Shown here piece after piece: positions 35,977 through 38,055 of a DNA stretch of 38,055 nucleotides (positions are counted from its first letter, which is position 1; every line of letters begins with the position of its first letter). Both the position numbers and the translations under genes were made by a program. The notes below the pieces were generated by a model that did no database searches, was not told the origin of the DNA, and saw only the letters and a program-made list of their open reading frames with translations. This DNA comes from a virus. Lineage: Duplodnaviria > Caudoviricetes. The stretch lies in IMG/VR virus record IMGVR_UViG_3300046707_000142, positions 1-38,055 of that record; one strand, given 5' to 3'.

Positions 35977-36803
35977 GGGGTCGGCCGCCTCGACGGGTCG
36001 CAGTCGTTGGAGTCGGCGGGGTTGCAGGTCACGCACGCGTCTCGCCGGGGGATCGCGTCCACGATCTCACGCCACTGCGTGCTCTTCAGCAGGACGCCGA
36101 GCGGCGCGTCGGTGACGTAGCCGGCGATCAGGTGCCGGCCGAGGACGCAGGGGGAGAGCGCGCCGTGGCTGGAGATCGCGGCGCGGCCATCACCGCAGCG
36201 GCCACACAGGTCCTCTAACGTGGTCGGTCGCCCGTCGGCGGCGCGGCCGACGGCGCGTGCGTGGTCGACGGCGATGTCGGTGACGCCGAGCCGGCGCAGT
36301 TCGGCCTCGGCCGACTCGACGTCCTGGCCGTCGACGACCTCGACGATTCCCGCGCGCAGCGGGATCGTGCGGCGCAGCGCTTCGACGATGTTCGCGCGGG
36401 TCCGGTAGTAGCTGCCCTCGGTGCCGGTGACCTGCGCGTGCTTGGCCGGGTTCGCCGCGTACCACGACGTCCCGAGGGAGACACCCGGCGTGCTGAACAG
36501 CTCCCACAGCTCGTCTGTGACGTGGACGAGGTTGGTGTAGACGTCGACGTTCAGGCCGGCGTCGAGCGCGAAGCGGACGAGCTCGGCGAGGTCGGGGTGG
36601 AGCGTGGGCTCCCCTCCGATGAACTGGACGGCCTCGACGCCGAACGTGGCGGCCTCGGTGATGATCCGTTTCCAGGCGGGCACCGTCATGCTGCCGGTGT
36701 CACCGTCTGGGCCGGATGAGTTGTAGCAGTGGCGGCACTTCAGCTGGCAGTACGTCGAGATCTCCAACTCGAGGAACGTGACGGGGGCTAGCTGTTCGAT
36801 CAT
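35973..36803 (-). CDS. Radical SAM protein with SPASM/Twitch auxiliary domain
   Basis: CQLKCRHC, IGGEPTLHP, YTN, LCGRCG...SPCVLG...CVTCNPADSNDC; GAAGGG before ATG. Confidence 0.92.
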   Translation of the reverse strand: MIEQLAPVTFLELEISTYCQLKCRHCYNSSGPDGDTGSMTVPAWKRIITEAATFGVEAVQFIGGEPTLHPDLAELVRFALDAGLNVDVYTNLVHVTDELWELFSTPGVSLGTSWYAANPAKHAQVTGTEGSYYRTRANIVEALRRTIPLRAGIVEVVDGQDVESAEAELRRLGVTDIAVDHARAVGRAADGRPTTLEDLCGRCGDGRAAISSHGALSPCVLGRHLIAGYVTDAPLGVLLKSTQWREIVDAIPRRDACVTCNPADSNDCDPSRRPTP

Positions 36804-36836
36804 GTTGGTCCCTTCGTCGTGTCGTGTGATGGGTGT

Positions 36837-36880
36837 GGGCCACGACGGCGCCGTCCCTTGGATGGGCGCCGCCGCGGCCC
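36837..36880 (-). other. Intergenic stem-loop between small peptide genes and rSAM gene
   Basis: 16-bp GC-rich stem with G-U pairs on minus strand. Confidence 0.65.
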
Positions 36881-36889
36881 CGTCTCGGG

Positions 36890-37009
36890 TCAGGCAGCCA
36901 GGTTCACGCTGGTGCCGGTGACCTCTGCGACCTCGACGCACTGCGCCAGGTCCGGGTCGCTGCTGCGGCTGCTCTTGACCCAGGTCACACCGCTCATGTC
37001 GCGGGCCAT
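36890..37009 (-). CDS. Truncated DUF397 (BldB-like) peptide, 39 aa
   Basis: WVKSSRS...QCVEVA motif, no VRDSK half; AGGAGGAG RBS. Confidence 0.75.
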   Translation of the reverse strand: MARDMSGVTWVKSSRSSDPDLAQCVEVAEVTGTSVNLAA

Positions 37010-37017
37010 GTCTCCTC

Positions 37018-37137
37018 CTATCGATCGAGCCAGCGGTTCAGGATCCCGGCGAAACGCGTGCGCCGGCGCTTGCAGTACGGGCAGGTGCTGCACGTGCCCA
37101 GGCATCCGGGATGGTTACAGCTTGAGCAAACCGGCAT
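37018..37137 (-). CDS. 39-aa six-cysteine peptide MPVCSSCNHPGCLGTCSTCPYCKRRRTRFAGILNRWLDR
   Basis: Read by hand; AGGAGG-CCCT-ATG; its TAG overlaps the RBS of the next gene. Confidence 0.75.
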   Translation of the reverse strand: MPVCSSCNHPGCLGTCSTCPYCKRRRTRFAGILNRWLDR

Positions 37138-37186
37138 AGGGCCTCCTGTTTCCTACGCCGCCGGGGCAGCGTGGTCGTGATCGCTG

Positions 37187-37230
37187 GTCCCGGCGGCGCC
37201 GCTGCGGACGGGCTGGGCCGCCGCCGGGAC
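37187..37230. repeat. 12-bp inverted repeat (stem-loop) upstream of Cys-rich peptide
   Basis: GTCCCGGCGGCG 37187-37198 / CGCCGCCGGGAC 37219-37230. Confidence 0.7.
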
Positions 37231-37335
37231 GATCTGGGGGCCGCCAGGGAGCGCGGATACGGGCGGCTCACGCGCTCCCCGGCGGCCGTGGGCGCGCGGA
37301 CTTGACTCCGCGCCCCGGAGGGCCGTCGCGCTTAC

Positions 37336-37875
37336 TCAAGGCGCGGCGGCATCGCCATCGCCATCGCCATCGCCATCGAGAGCCTCATCGGCCATCTCCC
37401 GCGTGAGGATCTCCTCCTCGGCCGCGGTGAGCTCAACCCCGCTGCGGAGCACCACGGCGCACGCGGCCTTGCTCACCGACCGCTGCTTGAACCGGAAACG
37501 GCGGGCGAAGATCTCGACGAGCATCAGCCCACGACCGGACTCGGCATCCGGGTCGCGGCCGTTCACAGCCGACGGGCGCACGCTGGGGTTCCGGTCATCG
37601 ACGATCACCGCGGTCCACCGATCCCAGACCTCGACGTTGAGGTAGATGTTCGCCCGTGGAGCGTTGACTGCCGGCTCGGCGTCGCCGTACTTGATCGCGT
37701 TCGTGACGAGCTCGGAGACGATGAGGATCACCTCGTCGACGTGCGTGGAATCCGTCGTCGCGAGGTCGTCGCCCAGCACCTCACGGGCGAAGTCCCGCGC
37801 GGCCTTGGCCGACTGATCCTCGATCGGCAGCGGCAGGCTGGTGGCGATGAGCGGTTTGAGCTGGGCGTCCGTCAT
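37336..37875 (-). CDS. HATPase_c ATP-binding (anti-sigma-factor-like) regulatory protein
   Basis: LIVSELVTNAIKY N-box, VDD, ESGRGLMLV G-box; GAGGTG RBS. Confidence 0.9.
   Translation of the reverse strand: MTDAQLKPLIATSLPLPIEDQSAKAARDFAREVLGDDLATTDSTHVDEVILIVSELVTNAIKYGDAEPAVNAPRANIYLNVEVWDRWTAVIVDDRNPSVRPSAVNGRDPDAESGRGLMLVEIFARRFRFKQRSVSKAACAVVLRSGVELTAAEEEILTREMADEALDGDGDGDGDAAAP
37350..37378. repeat. (CATCGC)n microsatellite encoding DGDGDGDGD
   Basis: About 4.8 tandem hexamer copies. Confidence 0.85.
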
Positions 37876-38004
37876 CGCACTCACCTCTCGCTCCCGGTGC
37901 TGCGCCGCAGCGGTGACGATCCCCACGGCTCCAGATCGTGGGTGACGACGGCGCGGTACCCCGGGGAGGGTATGGATATGTCCGCGCCGTCGTCACCGCC
38001 TTGT

Positions 38005-38053
38005 TGCGACTGGCAAAGTCGCAGGTCAGAACTAGAACTCCATAGAGTTCTAG
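38005..38053. promoter_or_regulatory. Two operator-like inverted repeats upstream of HATPase operon
   Basis: TGCGACT-N5-AGTCGCA 38005-38023; CTAGAACTC-N4-GAGTTCTAG 38032-38053. Confidence 0.6.
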
Positions 38054-38055
38054 GG

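Noticed and set aside
11-36719. Many long antisense or alternate-frame ORFs (e.g. 3042..4775-, 22986..24695-, 34771..36120+)
   Set aside because: Shadow ORFs typical of high-GC DNA overlapping well-supported genes
37038-37271. 77-aa minus-strand ORF from the track
   Set aside because: Low-complexity, runs through a stem-loop and overlaps the better-supported six-Cys ORF in another frame
8491-38028. CGCAGGTCA as a regulon motif (8492, 8539, 34207, 38020)
   Set aside because: Also occurs within coding regions; enrichment cannot be shown without a count against background

Overview
High-GC actinobacterial sequence, mostly the replication, late and lysis arms of a temperate siphovirus-like prophage on the + strand. 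Gene order: UvrD-like helicase; primase-polymerase/D5 helicase followed by an iteron- and DnaA-box-bearing ori-like region; small Zn-finger/HTH genes; orphan N4/N6 DNA methyltransferase; HNH-ATPase; terminase; HK97-type head; head-tail joining; tail tube; -1-frameshifted tail chaperone; tape measure; minor tail proteins; lysis cassette with two cysteine peptidases and a holin. An accessory region follows (about 32.4-38.0 kb). It holds a DUF433/PIN (VapB45/VapC45-like) pair divergent from an atypical initiator tRNA-Met, several small ORFs, and a minus-strand operon: HATPase_c, unannotated six-Cys 39-aa peptide, truncated DUF397 peptide, radical SAM/SPASM enzyme, RiPP-type protein-isoaspartate methyltransferase. 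No integrase, repressor or att site is visible, so prophage ends cannot be fixed. Most notable: the rSAM+PIMT peptide-modification operon with its hidden Cys-rich peptide, the PIN toxin/variant tRNA-fMet pairing, a lysis peptidase fused to an Acb2/Tad1-like hairpin, and small ORFs copying fragments of terminase and tail tube. All family calls come from motif recognition by eye; no database search was run.
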